Origin: Octopus sinensis
Taxonomy: Eukaryota
DNA length: 64,000 nt
Direction: 5' to 3'
Assembly: GCF_006345805.1 (NCBI RefSeq)
Contig: NC_043008.1
Location: 22,382,001 to 22,446,000, forward strand
Notes under the pieces: generated by a model
Databases searched by the model: none
What the model saw: the letters and a program-made list of their open reading frames with translations, nothing else
What the model was told of the DNA's origin: nothing
Shown: positions 13,006 through 25,816 of the stretch, piece after piece
Position numbering within the stretch: the first letter of the stretch is position 1
How the letters are laid out: each line of letters starts with the position of its first letter
Translations under genes and position numbers: made by a program

Positions 13006-13212
13006 AAATCTCAGAACGAGATGTAAACAGTAATCGCTCGACAATGTAAAGTATAAAAGCCATCACAATATGGCTAACCACAAAGGCGGGGGGGTGTTAT
13101 TGTAGCTTTTTAGCCCCAGCTGGAGACGATGATCTCCTGGGGCTAAAAAGCTACAGTAACCCCCCCCCCCCTTTGTGGTTAGCCATATTGTGATGGCTTT
13201 TATACTTTACAT
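13006..13212. mobile_element. Asymmetric fold-back insertion (PLE inverted-pLTR-like) with 16-bp TSD
   Basis: ~77-bp near-perfect inverted arms over 13042-13214; tgataaaagttctatt at 12990-13005 and 13213-13228. Confidence 0.7.
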
Positions 13213-13365
13213 TGATAAAAGTTCTATTTATTACAAAATATTATGTTACTAACGCCATGCAAATTATTTTTATCTTTTACACCTTATGCAGAATTTATTT
13301 CTCTTTCGAATGATGCATACAATAACTATTTTTTATACAACGTGAAGAATTCTAATGCTAAATTA

Positions 13366-13506
13366 TAAGGTTGTCCCAAAAGTTCGTAGAGAGTCTTGGA
13401 AAATAATGGTCTTTATTTTGAGGAATAATTTTTGTTGTTTTTGTTAGTACTTGGCGAGTAAAAATTCAATTTTCGCAAGTGTTTATGAACTTTTGGGACA
13501 ACCTAA
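13366..13506. mobile_element. 141-bp mariner-type MITE
   Basis: TIR T(A/T)AGGTTGTCCCAAAAGTTC at both ends, TA flanks. Confidence 0.75.
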
Positions 13507-13559
13507 TAATATAAACGTGAGATGGGATGGGATGGGACGGAGTAGGGTGGGATGGTATG

Positions 13560-14055
13560 GGGTCGGGTGGGATGGGGGATGATCTTGATTTTTGACAACT
13601 ACAGTGACATCTCTGAACATGTTTTTGAATTGATGATGATTGTTATTATGGTGGAGGTGGGGATGGGGTTGCGGTGGTGGCAATGTTGGTGGAGGTGGTG
13701 AGGAGGTGATGAGGTGGTGTGGAGGTTGATGACAATCAGGATAACGAACACAAAATGACAACAATGATGATGATGATGGTGATTGCAGTGGAGGTGGTGG
13801 TGGTAGTGATAGTGGTGGTGATCGCGATGTTTATGGTGGTGGTGGTCGTCGTCGTCGTGATGATGGTGGGAAGTTGATCGTCATGATGGTGGTGGTGGTG
13901 GTGGTGGTGATGACAATAAGCATTACAATGACGATGATGGTTGTGGTGGTAGAGGTGGTGATGGTGATATTGTTGGCATTGGTGATAATGATGGTGATGG
14001 TGGTAGTGGTGGTGGTGGTGATGATATGATGATGACCATGATGATGGTGATGGTA
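13560..14055. repeat. Compound (GGT/GAT)n microsatellite upstream of the TM exon
   Basis: Direct reading; a similar tract lies at 1550-2100. Confidence 0.9.
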
Positions 14056-14188
14056 CTTTATATTAATATTAAAAAATCAAACGATTGTATCGTCCCCTTT
14101 AATTTACTTTTTTCTCTTTCTTTCACTCTGTCTCTCCCCACCTCTCTCTCTCTATCACTCTCTCTCTCCCTTTCTACCCTACTCCCAG

Positions 14189-14276
14189 GACTCAGCCGCA
14201 CCCAGATGTTCATCATTGTCACCTGTTCGTCAGTAATAGGTTTGTTCTTCCTGGTAGCAGCAATCATAAGAATCAG
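14189..14276 (+). CDS. Internal exon encoding the transmembrane helix of an uncharacterised single-pass membrane protein ((G)LSRTQMFIIVTCSSVIGLFFLVAAIIRI)
   Basis: Long CT-rich polypyrimidine tract ending cccag at 14188; donor AG|gtaaat at 14277. 88 nt, phase 1 to phase 2. A 21-residue hydrophobic run is followed by basic residues. The trailing AG plus A at 30591 gives AGA (Arg) in frame. Confidence 0.85.
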
Positions 14277-15039
14277 GTAAATACGCCTAATTGAGATATA
14301 GTTGTTGCAAATGATGTTGTTATTGTGGCTATTGTTGTTGTCATTATTGAAGTTGCTTTTGTTGTTGTTGTTGTAGTTGTTGTTGCTGGTGCCTTAATGT
14401 TCTTGTGGTTACATTAGAGTTCATCTAATACAGCACCCTTTGAAACTTGAGTATTGCTTGAGTAACATTTGGTAGATTGGAAATCAGTCTTAAAAAAATT
14501 ATTTAGCTTTTCAGGTGGAGTTTTCACGAGGTCCCCAAATATGTAACTGTATCGTTTAGCAATATCTACTGCCTTCTTTTTGTCAGAAATATTAGGTTTA
14601 TGAATGTCAAATTCTAAATCTGAAAGTTTCTAAACTAACCATCTACAGACTCACAACTCTCCATGATATTCTTATCTTTATGTAATTGCTTGATATTTTC
14701 AATAATCATTAAAGCTGAAATTGACATACTCTTAGATAACTTTGCACTAATCCACATAAACCACAGCATCTCATTCTGAAAGTTTTTTGGGGTTTTTTTT
14801 CTTGACACACATCAACATTTTACTTGTCTTTGAATCAGTCATTAATTTTATAAACTTGTTTTTTGGTTTCATGTCCTAAATTGTCAAAGAACTTATATTA
14901 TGTTCACACATGATACCAATACAATTCTCACCACTTTTCAAAACACTGTTTAATTTCAATTCCAAAAGCAAAGTGAAAGTCACATTCTTTCTTTTCATGC
15001 TTTTACTAAATTAGTTTGGATAAAGATCTTTCCCAAGTA

Positions 15040-15260
15040 ATGGGGTTAATCTTCTGGTTTCCATGGTGCATAAATTTCTTCCCACAGATGGGACACCAGT
15101 CTATTGCAGGAAATACTTATTTTTGTCAACTGAGTGGATTGGCAATGTGAAATGAAGTGTCTTGTTCAAGAACACAATGTGTCACCCAGTCCAGAAATTG
15201 AACCACAATCTTACACTCAAGAGTCCACACACCCTAACCACTAAGTTACACACCTTCACA
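15040..15260 (-). mobile_element. SINE family D (tRNA head plus CORE-like segment)
   Basis: gaaatgaagtgtcttgttcaagaacacaa...ccctaaccactaag, shared with 27305 and 42758. Confidence 0.65.
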
Positions 15261-15399
15261 CTAAATTAGTTACTTTTATAACAATTGGAGAACATTTTCA
15301 CAAATAGAGGGAATGTATATAAGTAGATAAAGAGAGATATGAGCGATTTGACCCTTTAGCATTCAAATTTCTGTGTGAAATATAATGCTTGGACATTAA

Positions 15400-15918
15400 A
15401 CTCTGCTTGCAAAGACCTGTTTAGGCAAGTGAAATCGAAATCAAATTCGATGACTGGCATCCGTGCTAGTGGAGCACTAAAAGCACCATCCGAGCATGAT
15501 TGTTGCCAGGGTTGCTGATTGGCCTCCATGCCGGTGGCATGTAAAAAGCACCATTTGGACATGATTGTTACCAGCGTCACCTTACTAGCTCTTGTGCTAG
15601 TGGTATGTGAAAATCAACATTCAAGCGAGGGCATTGCCAGTGCCGCTGGACTGGCTCCTGTGCACTTAGCACGTAAAAACACCATTTGAGCATTCCGTTG
15701 CCAGTACCACCTGACTGGCCCTCATGCCGGTGGCACATAAAAGCACCCACTACACTCTCAGAGTGGTTGGCATTAAGAAGGGCATCCAGCTGTAGAAACT
15801 CTGCCAGATCAGATTGGAACCTGGTGCAGCCATCTGGCTCACCAGTCCCCAGTCAAACCGTCCAACCCATGCCAGCATGGAAAGTGGACGTTAAACGATG
15901 ATGATGATGATGATGATG
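15400..15918 (+). mobile_element. RTE-type retroposon 3' end (family C)
   Basis: Collinear with 2281-2770; (GAT)n tail. Confidence 0.75.
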
Positions 15919-17281
15919 CATTATCTTGTAGCTTTGACATTTTAATGTGATTGTATATTTTTAGGGCAACAGTGTAGAGTAAGTGTGAGGGGTCAGATCC
16001 AGCCAGTTTGAAGATAAAACAAATAAATTATTTTGACTGGATATGGGCAGTTTATATGCTAAACGGTTAAGTACTGACCACTGTCCTTTTGAAATTCCTC
16101 ATAAACAATGATGAGGTGATGTCAGTGGCCTGTAATCATACTTTGGAAGGAAAATTGGTGCAGCATAACAAGAGAACCGATCAGTTGGGTTTGCTAAATT
16201 ACTGAAAACTGGATTGATGGAACTTAATTGTTGTTGCTATTATTGCAATTGTTATCATTGCTGGTGTTTTTATTGTTGTTGTTGTGGCTATCGTTGTTGT
16301 TGATGTTTTCTGTTGTTGGTGCTCTTGCTGTTGTTTTCGCTATTGTTATTGCTGTTGTCTTCTTGTGATCATGCTGTTGCTCTTGTTGTTATTGCTGTGT
16401 GTTGCTGTTGTTGTTGGTATTGTTGTTTAGCCACTTAGGCCAACACTGAGCAAGCAGACATATGAAGAAAGTCATTCCAGCCTTGACCATCCCGACTTTT
16501 TTTAGAGATATGTAGTGCTACACAATCTAGTATATCTTGTCCTTAAATAAGATGATAGCTTTTGATTTGAGGGAGGTTTGTCTGCTATTTCTATCAATCT
16601 GACTCAGTGTCCAGTGCTGCTGTTGTTATTTAAGGTAAATTAAAGATTTCCTCATTCGTACAAGGTCCCACATTTGTAACAAAACAGTGTAATTGCTTTG
16701 ATCAAATATCAATTCTCAAATATGTCTAGCACATATTTTGTCAATGTCACACCACTCACAAGGCTTTGGTCGGCCTGAGGCTATAGTAGAAAACACTTGC
16801 CCGAGGTGCCTGAGTTCAAATTCCACCGAGGTCAACTTTGCTTTTCATTCTTTCAAGGTCGATAAAATAAGTACCAGTTATATACCAGGGTCAATGTAAT
16901 TACTCACTTCCTCAAAACTGTTGGCCCTGTGCCAAAATTTGATACCATTTATTATGGTTCTGATTGCTTTGTAGTAAGTTTCTGAAAATAGTTTTAACCA
17001 AATTAAATAAAAGCATTTAAGTTTTTAGTTTGACCAGTTAAAGCTTCTAATTTCAAAGGTCAAGGTGTAGCTCAAATCCTCCTGTAGGGGATTCTTTCCA
17101 CTTTTATTGCCTTTAGAGTGTATCTTTAATAATGGGAAAAGTAATAAGAATCACACACCACATATGGGACTATAATCTATCGCATCATTTGTATCGTAGC
17201 AGCTTCTTAAATAATTATTTTCAAACACCTCAGTATTTCTAGGGAAAATCAAATATATACATATTTACACACACACATACA

Positions 17282-17318
<37 letters not shown>

Positions 17319-17469
17319 GTATATACTGAAAGTTTGTTATGGCTAGTCAGAGAGTGACCATTGGTTTCACACCTATAAAGTGCTTAACTGTACAGGTGAC
17401 TCATCAAACTCAAATGGCTAGAGACACATAACTTCTCTACCTAAAGCCAAAAGAAACAACATTCTAAAT

Positions 17470-17873
17470 ATCCTTTTCTACTCTAGGCACAAGGCCAGAA
17501 ATTCTGGGGGAGGCAGGGGCCAGTTGATTAGATCAATCCCAGTACTCAACTAGTACTTAGTTTATCGACCCCGAAAGGATAAAAGCAAAGTGAACCTCAG
17601 GGGAATTTGAACTCAGAACATAATGACAGATGAAATACCTATTTCTTTACTACCCACAAGGGATTAAACACAGAGAGGACAAACAAGGAAATACAAACAG
17701 ATTAAGTCGATTACATCGACCCCAGTGTGTAACTGGTACTTAATTTATTGATCCTGAAAGGATGAAAGGCAAAGTCGACCTTGGTGGAATTTGAACTCAG
17801 AACGTAGCCGCAGACGATATACAGCTATGTATTTTGCCCGGCATGCTAACGTTTCTGCCAGCTCGCTGCCTTA
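17470..17873 (-). mobile_element. SINE family A dimer
   Basis: Two central domains, with the junction at the same point as the 967 dimer (after taaagaaata). Confidence 0.75.
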
Positions 17874-18469
17874 ACTACATTCTAAATATCACTACTCTTA
17901 TGTTTTAGAGTGTAAGTGTTTTGGGGGATATATGAACTACTGACTAATATATATTTATATAAACATCTTGTTTTAAGTTTTCCTTTACTAAACCTCATGA
18001 TATTGCTTCTAATAAATCTTGATTTTTATGACTATGTCAACTATGATTTCTGTCTGCTCCCTCAGCCCTACTCCTAACAGATAATGCCCTTTGTTGCTAC
18101 AGCCTTAGATATACAAGGATTTGATTAACTAGTCTAAAAATTAAAACTGACCCCATAAAAACAAATAAAATCAGTGACAGGCAGAGTCTTCTTGATAATT
18201 TTTGTAACTTCTATGCTGAAGTGGAGACAACATGTTCTTTGTCTATCTCCTTAACTTCTTGGAGATTTTAGGTATAATTACACTAATGTGTCCATCTGTT
18301 CTAATTTAACTAAATTCTATGACTTTGTGCAGCTGGGGATTGCTCCACATTTTAAATTGATGTAATGATTGCATTGTTCAATTAAATGGAGTTGCATGAA
18401 ACGATCATACTGCATTATTACCTCTGGATATCCTTGTTGCTTATTTTGATTTTACATATATATATATGT

Positions 18470-18962
18470 ATGTTTCTCTCCTTGTTTTTTTCTGTGTACC
18501 TTTCTGTCAAAGAGCGTAGGCTCGAAACGTAAAAGCTCTATACTAATACATTTGTTTGTTTGTACTCCACCTGCCTTCGTCTTTTGTTTATTTTTGTAAA
18601 CTTTCCCTTTATATATATATATATATATGTTTCTCTCCTTGTTTTTTTCTGTGTACCTTTCTGTCGAAGAGCGTAGGCTCGAAACATAAAAGACATTTTA
18701 TATTCCTGAGCGCTATACTAATACATTTGTTTGTTTGTACTCCACCTGCCTTCATCTTTTGTTTATTTTTGTAAACTTTCCCTTTATATATATATATATA
18801 TATATGTTTCTCTCCTTGTTTTTTTCTGTGTACCTTTCTGTCGAAGAGCGTAGGCTCGAAACATAAAAGATATTTTATATTCCTGAGCGCTATACTAATA
18901 CATTTGTTTGTTTGTACTCCACCTGCCTTCGTCTTTTGTTTATTTTTGTAAACTTTCCCTTT
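18470..18962 (+). repeat. Three head-to-tail ~177-bp units separated by (TA)n, each with a minimal hammerhead-like motif
   Basis: Units at ~18470, 18627 and 18804. Motif cttt CTGTC(G/A)A A GAGC GTAG GCTC GAAAC (G/A)TA AAAG at 18504, 18661 and 18838. Confidence 0.85.
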
Positions 18963-19197
18963 ATATATTATATATATATATATATGTAATTCTCTCTCAG
19001 ACAGCTTATCAAAAGTGTTTCTGGCGATTCAGAATAGCAGTTAAGAAGTGTATCATTGAATTTATGCCCATAAATTGACTCTACGCTATATATATATGTT
19101 GAGCTTACATTTTCCCCATGTTAAAACTGTCTGTTATGTGCAAGAATCTAACAGTATGCATGTGTGTGTATGTGGTGTATATACACATATATACAAG

Positions 19198-19239
<42 letters not shown>

Positions 19240-19849
19240 TATATATTTACTGATAGGTTTTGTGATTGTTGCACATGGGCTCCAGCTTATTTTTAGATAT
19301 GTTTGACGTACACCATTTTTCCCATCAAGAGATTTTAAAGAGTGTGGGGTATGGAAGGAGAGGAGTGGGATAGGGATGGGATTGGTGGTCTGCTGGCCAT
19401 TAACAGGATTCTATTTAGATCACATTAAGTCTCCCGTTTAAACATCTTATCTTCATGTAATTTACTTAAACTCAGCTTGTTTCTCCTCCACACTTACGCA
19501 CCTTCTTCCTTCACTCACTATCTCTTTCCTTTTCTTTGTTTTTATCATTATTATTCATCTACCTTATATTAATATTTTGTTGGGTTTTTTTTTCTTTTAC
19601 TTGTCTCGCTTAAGTAATCTTTCCTGAACTAATAATCTTTTAAGAATTTTTTTATTTTCTGCTTATTTGTTCATATTTTTTAAAATAACTATCTTAAAAT
19701 AATATCTTATAAGATCGTACGAAAATGGAATAAGAATATCTTCCACCCATTTATTCCATTTCTCAGCCATTACATTTTGAGCCATATTTCAGAATTGCTG
19801 TTCATCCTTGAGATAATCTTAGTACACAAATCAAACAACTATATAAACC

Positions 19850-19854
19850 ACACA

Positions 19855-19913
<59 letters not shown>

Positions 19914-20061
19914 ACACACACACACACACACACCACATACACACACACACACATACACACACACACACACACACATACACATACACATACACACACACAT
20001 ACACATACACACACACACACATACACATACACACACAACACACATACACATACACACACAC

Positions 20062-20135
<74 letters not shown>

Positions 20136-20150
20136 ATACACATGCAATAC
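19850..20150. repeat. (CA)n/(CATA)n microsatellite
   Basis: Direct reading. Confidence 0.95.
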
Positions 20151-20705
20151 AATTATTCACAAAGTACTTCACCACACAACTACGCAACCACACAAACAAA
20201 CAAATAAATAAACAAACAAGCTATAGTTAAAAGAGTTATATATCTTTATGTTGGAACTTAAAAGTTACTATTTTAGTTTCTTTCATATTCTTGAAATATT
20301 TCATAAATTATACTTATATGAGTCGCAGACATTGCTCTATGAAAATAGTTACTAAAACAAACTGGTTGGGTCATTGGTTCACAGGCTGGTTGGCTGGTTG
20401 GCTGGTTGGCTATTAATAGCAGAGTTTGATCTTGTATAGATCTATATCAATTATGAAATGTAAATAAAAGTGGAATGTAGTGACATATGTTTAGCCCAGG
20501 GTCAACTCTGAGCAAACAGACTTATGATCAAAAGTTCAAGCATGAGCGTGTGGTTAAGAAACTCACACTTCAGTCATGTAGTTTCAGGGTTCAACCCCTT
20601 TTTGCAGCACTTTAGGCATGTCTTCCACTATAGCCCCAGGCTGAACAATACTTTATGAGTGGACTGGAGAGATGGAAACTGTGTGGAAGCCTAAATTTCT
20701 AATCT

Positions 20706-21539
20706 TGCCATCCATCACACATCAAAAGGAACATCCCATACAGCATGGCAAGATGCATGTGTGCTATAGCGACTGACCCCAAAATATGGGAAATCTGACA
20801 CAACGAGCTCAAAGGCTTCCTCGCCATGCAGAAATACCCCTTAGGATTAATTAATGAGGGAATTAAAAAGGTGACAAAACTGATCATCACCCAAATACAG
20901 ACACCTAAGGAAAAAATTAATGAACACACGATTCCATTTGTTAACACACACAGTCCTGGGATAACCAACATCTTTCAAGCTTTAAAATCGAACTTACCTA
21001 TACTCCTGCATAACCCCAAAATGAAAAATTTGATCTAAAAATTCCCTTTGCAGAATAGTAGATGTCAACCAAAAAATCTTAAAAGACACCTTACAAGAGC
21101 AGAATTCACATCAGAAAATGAATCAGAATTCTTTGTAAAAGAATGTGGAGATAAGAGATGTGGAACATGCAACAACAACTTTAAATACTTAGAAAGTGGT
21201 TCCCACATAAAATTCAAGAGTGGATTCTCATTCAAAATAAATGCAGATATGAACTGCGAAATGCAGAATCTCATATACTACATTACCTGCTCCAACTGCA
21301 AAGAAAATTACATTGGTGAAACAAATAATTCCCTCTGCCAACATGCAAGAATCCACAGGCAGCATATCAGAAAAGAAGAATTATGCAAGATTCCATTAAG
21401 TAAACATCTGGTAATATGCCTCGATGGAAAATTTAAGATCCTTCCCTTTTACAAGTGTTCATGGGATGACCCACAATACTGAAAAGCAATGGAGCTACTA
21501 CACTACATGAAAAAATTCTTTCCAAAATTGAATGTTTGA
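20706..21539 (+). pseudogene. Penelope-like element (Neptune-type) RT thumb, Cys-rich linker and GIY-YIG endonuclease, decayed
   Basis: SCHPSHIKRNIPYSMAR...KYP, CGDKRCGTC linker, NLIYYITCSNCKENYIGET (GIY-YIG), ending KFFPKLNV*. Three in-frame stops. Confidence 0.85.
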
Positions 21540-21632
21540 AAGAAAAGTGGAGAATTTGCATCTTTTATTCTAAATGTAGCTCCAATATCAGAAGCATGAT
21601 ACACATCTCTATAAATATTCAGATATATATAT

Positions 21633-21990
21633 TGATAGAAATGGTAAGACAACAAAAGAATGAAAGAGACCTCGATATTATGTAAATAGAGGAATTTATC
21701 TGTAAATATAATATGTGACAATTATTCGGTAGCCATGATAAAACTCCAAGTTTCAGATGCCGAGGTGGAAATCCACGCCGCCATCTCTTCAGTTATCTGG
21801 CCATCAAGAAAATGCCCTTTTACTTTGCTGTTGGGCCAGGTAACGCAGTATATGAGGTTCTGCATTTTGCATTTTTTTGATGGCCAGATAACTGAAGAGA
21901 TGACAGTGTGGATTTCTACCCCGACATCCGAAACTCTGTGTTTTATCATGGTTACTGAATAATTATCACATATTATATTTACAGATAAAT
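21633..21990. mobile_element. Asymmetric fold-back element in (TA)n with 122-bp inverted arms (21694-21815 / 21869-21990)
   Basis: Arms are reverse complements over their length; each contains a type I hammerhead fold. Confidence 0.8.
21881..21954 (+). ncRNA. Type I hammerhead-like ribozyme (mirror copy on the minus strand at 21730-21803)
   Basis: TGGCCA-GATAA CTGAAGA [GATG...CATC hairpin] C GAAAC TCTGT GT T TTATC-A-TGGTTA. Stem I is 5+6 bp with a 1-nt bulge. One extra nucleotide before GAAA is non-canonical. Confidence 0.6.
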
Positions 21991-22349
21991 ATATATATAT
22001 ATATATATATTATTTGAGGGAATAAAATCCAAACTTACAAGGAAAAAGAATTCAATTTAGAAAAACTAAGTCAAATTCCACACAATATACTATATATATA
22101 AAATATTATAAAAAAAAGCACCTTTTATCAATAGGTCACCATCATTAATTATTTATTTTGAATTGATAAAAGGTAGTTTTTTTCTAATATATTTTATATA
22201 TATATATAATATATATATATATATTAATCAGCGAAATTGCGAGGATGATCCGGTTCTTGACTGAAGATTAGAGGCTTCGAATGACCCGTCCGTTTTTTGT
22301 GTAGTCTATTTGAATGTTTTGCGTTCTTGTCCCATTTTGTATTTTTATA

Positions 22350-22400
<51 letters not shown>

Positions 22401-23018
22401 GGGGATCTTCTAACTTTACGTTTTTTTCTAATTTGTAAATATTGTTTGTTCATACAAAGCATAAAATTGAAAGAAGCATGACTTTATTTTTCAACACAAA
22501 ACTTTCTGACACCTTAAGGAAAGAGAAAAAAAAAATTACTGTTGTTTCTGCCTCAATATTTATAACATGATACTCATCTCTGTAACAGTGGGTTTTATTT
22601 TTCTAATTTGTAAATATTGTAGTAATGTTTGTTCATGCAAAAACAGGAAATTAAAAGAAACCTGACTTTATTTTTCAATGCAAGACATCAAAATTACAGT
22701 GTAGAGATAGACATATTCCAAAACACCTGAGCTCACAGGCACACATACGCACACACATACACACACACATGCTCACACATTACATATACATAAGTAATAA
22801 AATTCTTATATCTTAAGGAAAAGAAAATGCTATCCGTGATGACAACACCCCTTCCTTTTTTCATTATTTTTCCCATCCTAAAAGAGGTCACCATCATTGA
22901 TCTCATGTCTCATGCCAGTAGCTATAAAATGGTAAAAAAAACTAAATAAATAAATGGTATAAAACATTCCAAATTGAAAAGAAATCCCTTCCCCTCCCTC
23001 TCTCTACTTATCTATCTA

Positions 23019-23071
<53 letters not shown>

Positions 23072-24720
23072 TTATCTATCTATCTCCACTGTCCTGGAAC
23101 CTCACTCCAAAAAAACAAAAAAACAAGAACACTGTTCTCCTCTTCTAAACAAACTAAATAAAAACACCTGATTTATATAAAGAACAACCTGTTTGCACAT
23201 TCACTATTTTATTTGACAAGTTCAAAGAGGAATTAAAGAGCTAATAATAATGACTAAATAAAAAATTCTTTTCTAAAATTCTGACATCCTCATCTATACT
23301 CAATATTCAATATCTGTACACCACTTCTAACACTCTATACAAACATACATCCATACATACATACATACATATATATATTGAGGTTATGAGAGGTAATGGT
23401 GTCAGGAAGACCCAAAGGTGTCAAGGAATGCTGAGTAAGTGCTATTGACAGACTATAGTTAAGATCCAGGTTCGGTGATTATGCAAATGAGGAGTCCAAC
23501 ATAGGTTGTATATTAGCATGCATATATAAAAAAATAACAGAATGAGATAAAAATCCAAGGCTGTGAAAGATTTCAGAACATGTCTGTTTTCATTCCTCCA
23601 CTCCACTCTTTATTTCATATCTTCTCTAGAATAACAATTGCATAACATGCTATTCAAATTTCTACATTAATGTAGAAACTTGAATGGTATGTTTTTGATA
23701 GAACTAACATTGTTCTTGATGTATGCCATATTTGGTTTGCCTGGGTTTTATTTCCACTGAGTGAGAGCATCTTCAATCTAGGAGTGTTTTCCCACGTCTG
23801 AGGTGTTAGTCTTGCCTTAATGGCAATGAAAGTAGTTTTACTGAATTTGATGGTCATGAGTAATTTTGAACATGGAACAAATCTGATCAGTGAAGATTTG
23901 ACGGTGGTGCATTACAAAAGAGTGCATGTCTTTGCCTGATGAATGGAGAAGGAGAAAAGTAATACATTTCTAGGGTAAAAAGGATAAAGACTCCTCTTTG
24001 GCCACAAATGACCGTGGGATTGTACCAAGAAAGTTCCCCTCCAAAGGCAAAGTCAACCCCGGTGGAATTTGAACTCAGAACATGAAAACAAATAAAATGC
24101 TGCTAAGCATTTCACCTGATGTGTTAACAACTCTGCCGGCTCACTGCCTTAACAACAACAATCATCTCCATTAACATCATCATCATCATCATCATCATAA
24201 CTTTATTGACTTCACACCTTCCATTTCAGCAATTAACTTTGCACCACAGAAAAAGACAAAATCCCAATACGTCAGTTTTTCTCTAATAGCACAACAGACT
24301 ATAGGGTTTCTTGGTTCCAAACTAAGAACGTCAACAGTATACATATTACAGTTGCAGTTATGCAGAGTGTATCAGTGAAAAAGGAATAAAAAAATATTAA
24401 AACTTGTCAGAATGCTTTTAACATAGTCACTATGATGTCGATAAAACTTGATAACTTCTGACAAAATGTTTTGTAGCTTACTGGTGTGTAAGTTAATTTA
24501 AAAACTGGTGTGAGTTTGATAACCATTAAGGATTTGACAATATTGACACTAATTGACTATGCAGCATAAAAGATTTTACACTATAGCACAATGCTGTTAA
24601 GCCAACATTTTGTTATAGACTTGGGGAAATGAAGAGAGGCAGTTTAATACCGAAAGCCATGTTAGCATGTTGAGAAACTGAGATATATCTTCATATACAC
24701 ATGTGTACACATTGTGTGTG

Positions 24721-24760
<40 letters not shown>

Positions 24761-24782
24761 GATAGATAGATAGCTATAGTTA

Positions 24783-24853
<71 letters not shown>

Positions 24854-24885
24854 ATATATATATATACATATATACACACATATAT

Positions 24886-24932
<47 letters not shown>

Positions 24933-24933
<1 letters not shown>

Positions 24934-25050
24934 TGGCCTGCTCGCTTAGCCAGCGGGGTGGCGTCATTCGAAGGCTAAAACAATGCGAACGCATTGTGAC
25001 CAGCTATGTGTAACGACATCTGATGGACTGGTCGGTCACGTGATCACGTG

Positions 25051-25052
<2 letters not shown>
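24933..25052. mobile_element. Unclassified ~120-bp element nested in (TA)n
   Basis: GC-rich island bounded on both sides by long (TA)n; ends in tandem CACGTG. Confidence 0.5.
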
Positions 25053-25105
<53 letters not shown>

Positions 25106-25199
25106 CAATAGCCACCTATATTGTTATTATCTATTAATAATAATATCCTCATTACGTGTATACATATATATATATATATATGTATGTATGTATATATCA

Positions 25200-25640
25200 T
25201 CAGCAGCATTATCGTTTAATGTCTGTTTTCCATGCTGGCATAGGTTGGACGGTTTGACTGGAGTCTGGGAAGCCAGGAGGCTGCACCAGGCCCCAGTCTG
25301 ATCTGGCAGTGTTTCTACAGCTGAATGCCCTTCCTAACGCCAACCACTCCAAGAGTGTAGTGGGTGCTTTTTACATACCACTGGCACAGGGGCCAGAGGA
25401 ACTGGCATCGACCACAATTGGATGGTACTTTTTACGTGCCACTGGCATGGAAGCCAGCCAAAGTGGAACTGGCATTGGCCACGTTTGGATGGTGCTTTTT
25501 ACATGCTACTGGCATGGGGCTCACAACTACAATTTCCATTTGATTTGATTTTGATATTGCTGATGTTGATGTTGATGTACTTGACTCAATAGGTTTCCTC
25601 AAGCATGGCATGTCGCCCTACGATCTAAGGTACTTTTGAG
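25200..25640 (-). mobile_element. RTE-type retroposon 3' end (family C)
   Basis: tgcccttcctaacgccaaccactcc motif (reverse of family C) and tail. Confidence 0.7.
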
Positions 25641-25816
25641 TGGCCTCTTATGCAACAGCTGTGGACTCTATGTATATTTATATATATATGTGTGTGTGTG
25701 TGCATGTGTGTGTGAGTATAAATGTGTGTGTGGCTTTCTGCAGTATATCCACATTGAGTAAGATATACAGAATGCCATGATATATATGTTTTTGTGTGTA
25801 AACTCAAAGTAACTTA

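Noticed and set aside
18470-18962. CRISPR-like array
   Set aside because: Eukaryotic context; long identical units with TA spacers and no cas genes.
22261-22295. CTGAAGA...CGAA as a hammerhead
   Set aside because: No credible stem II or stem I, and GAAT instead of GAAA.
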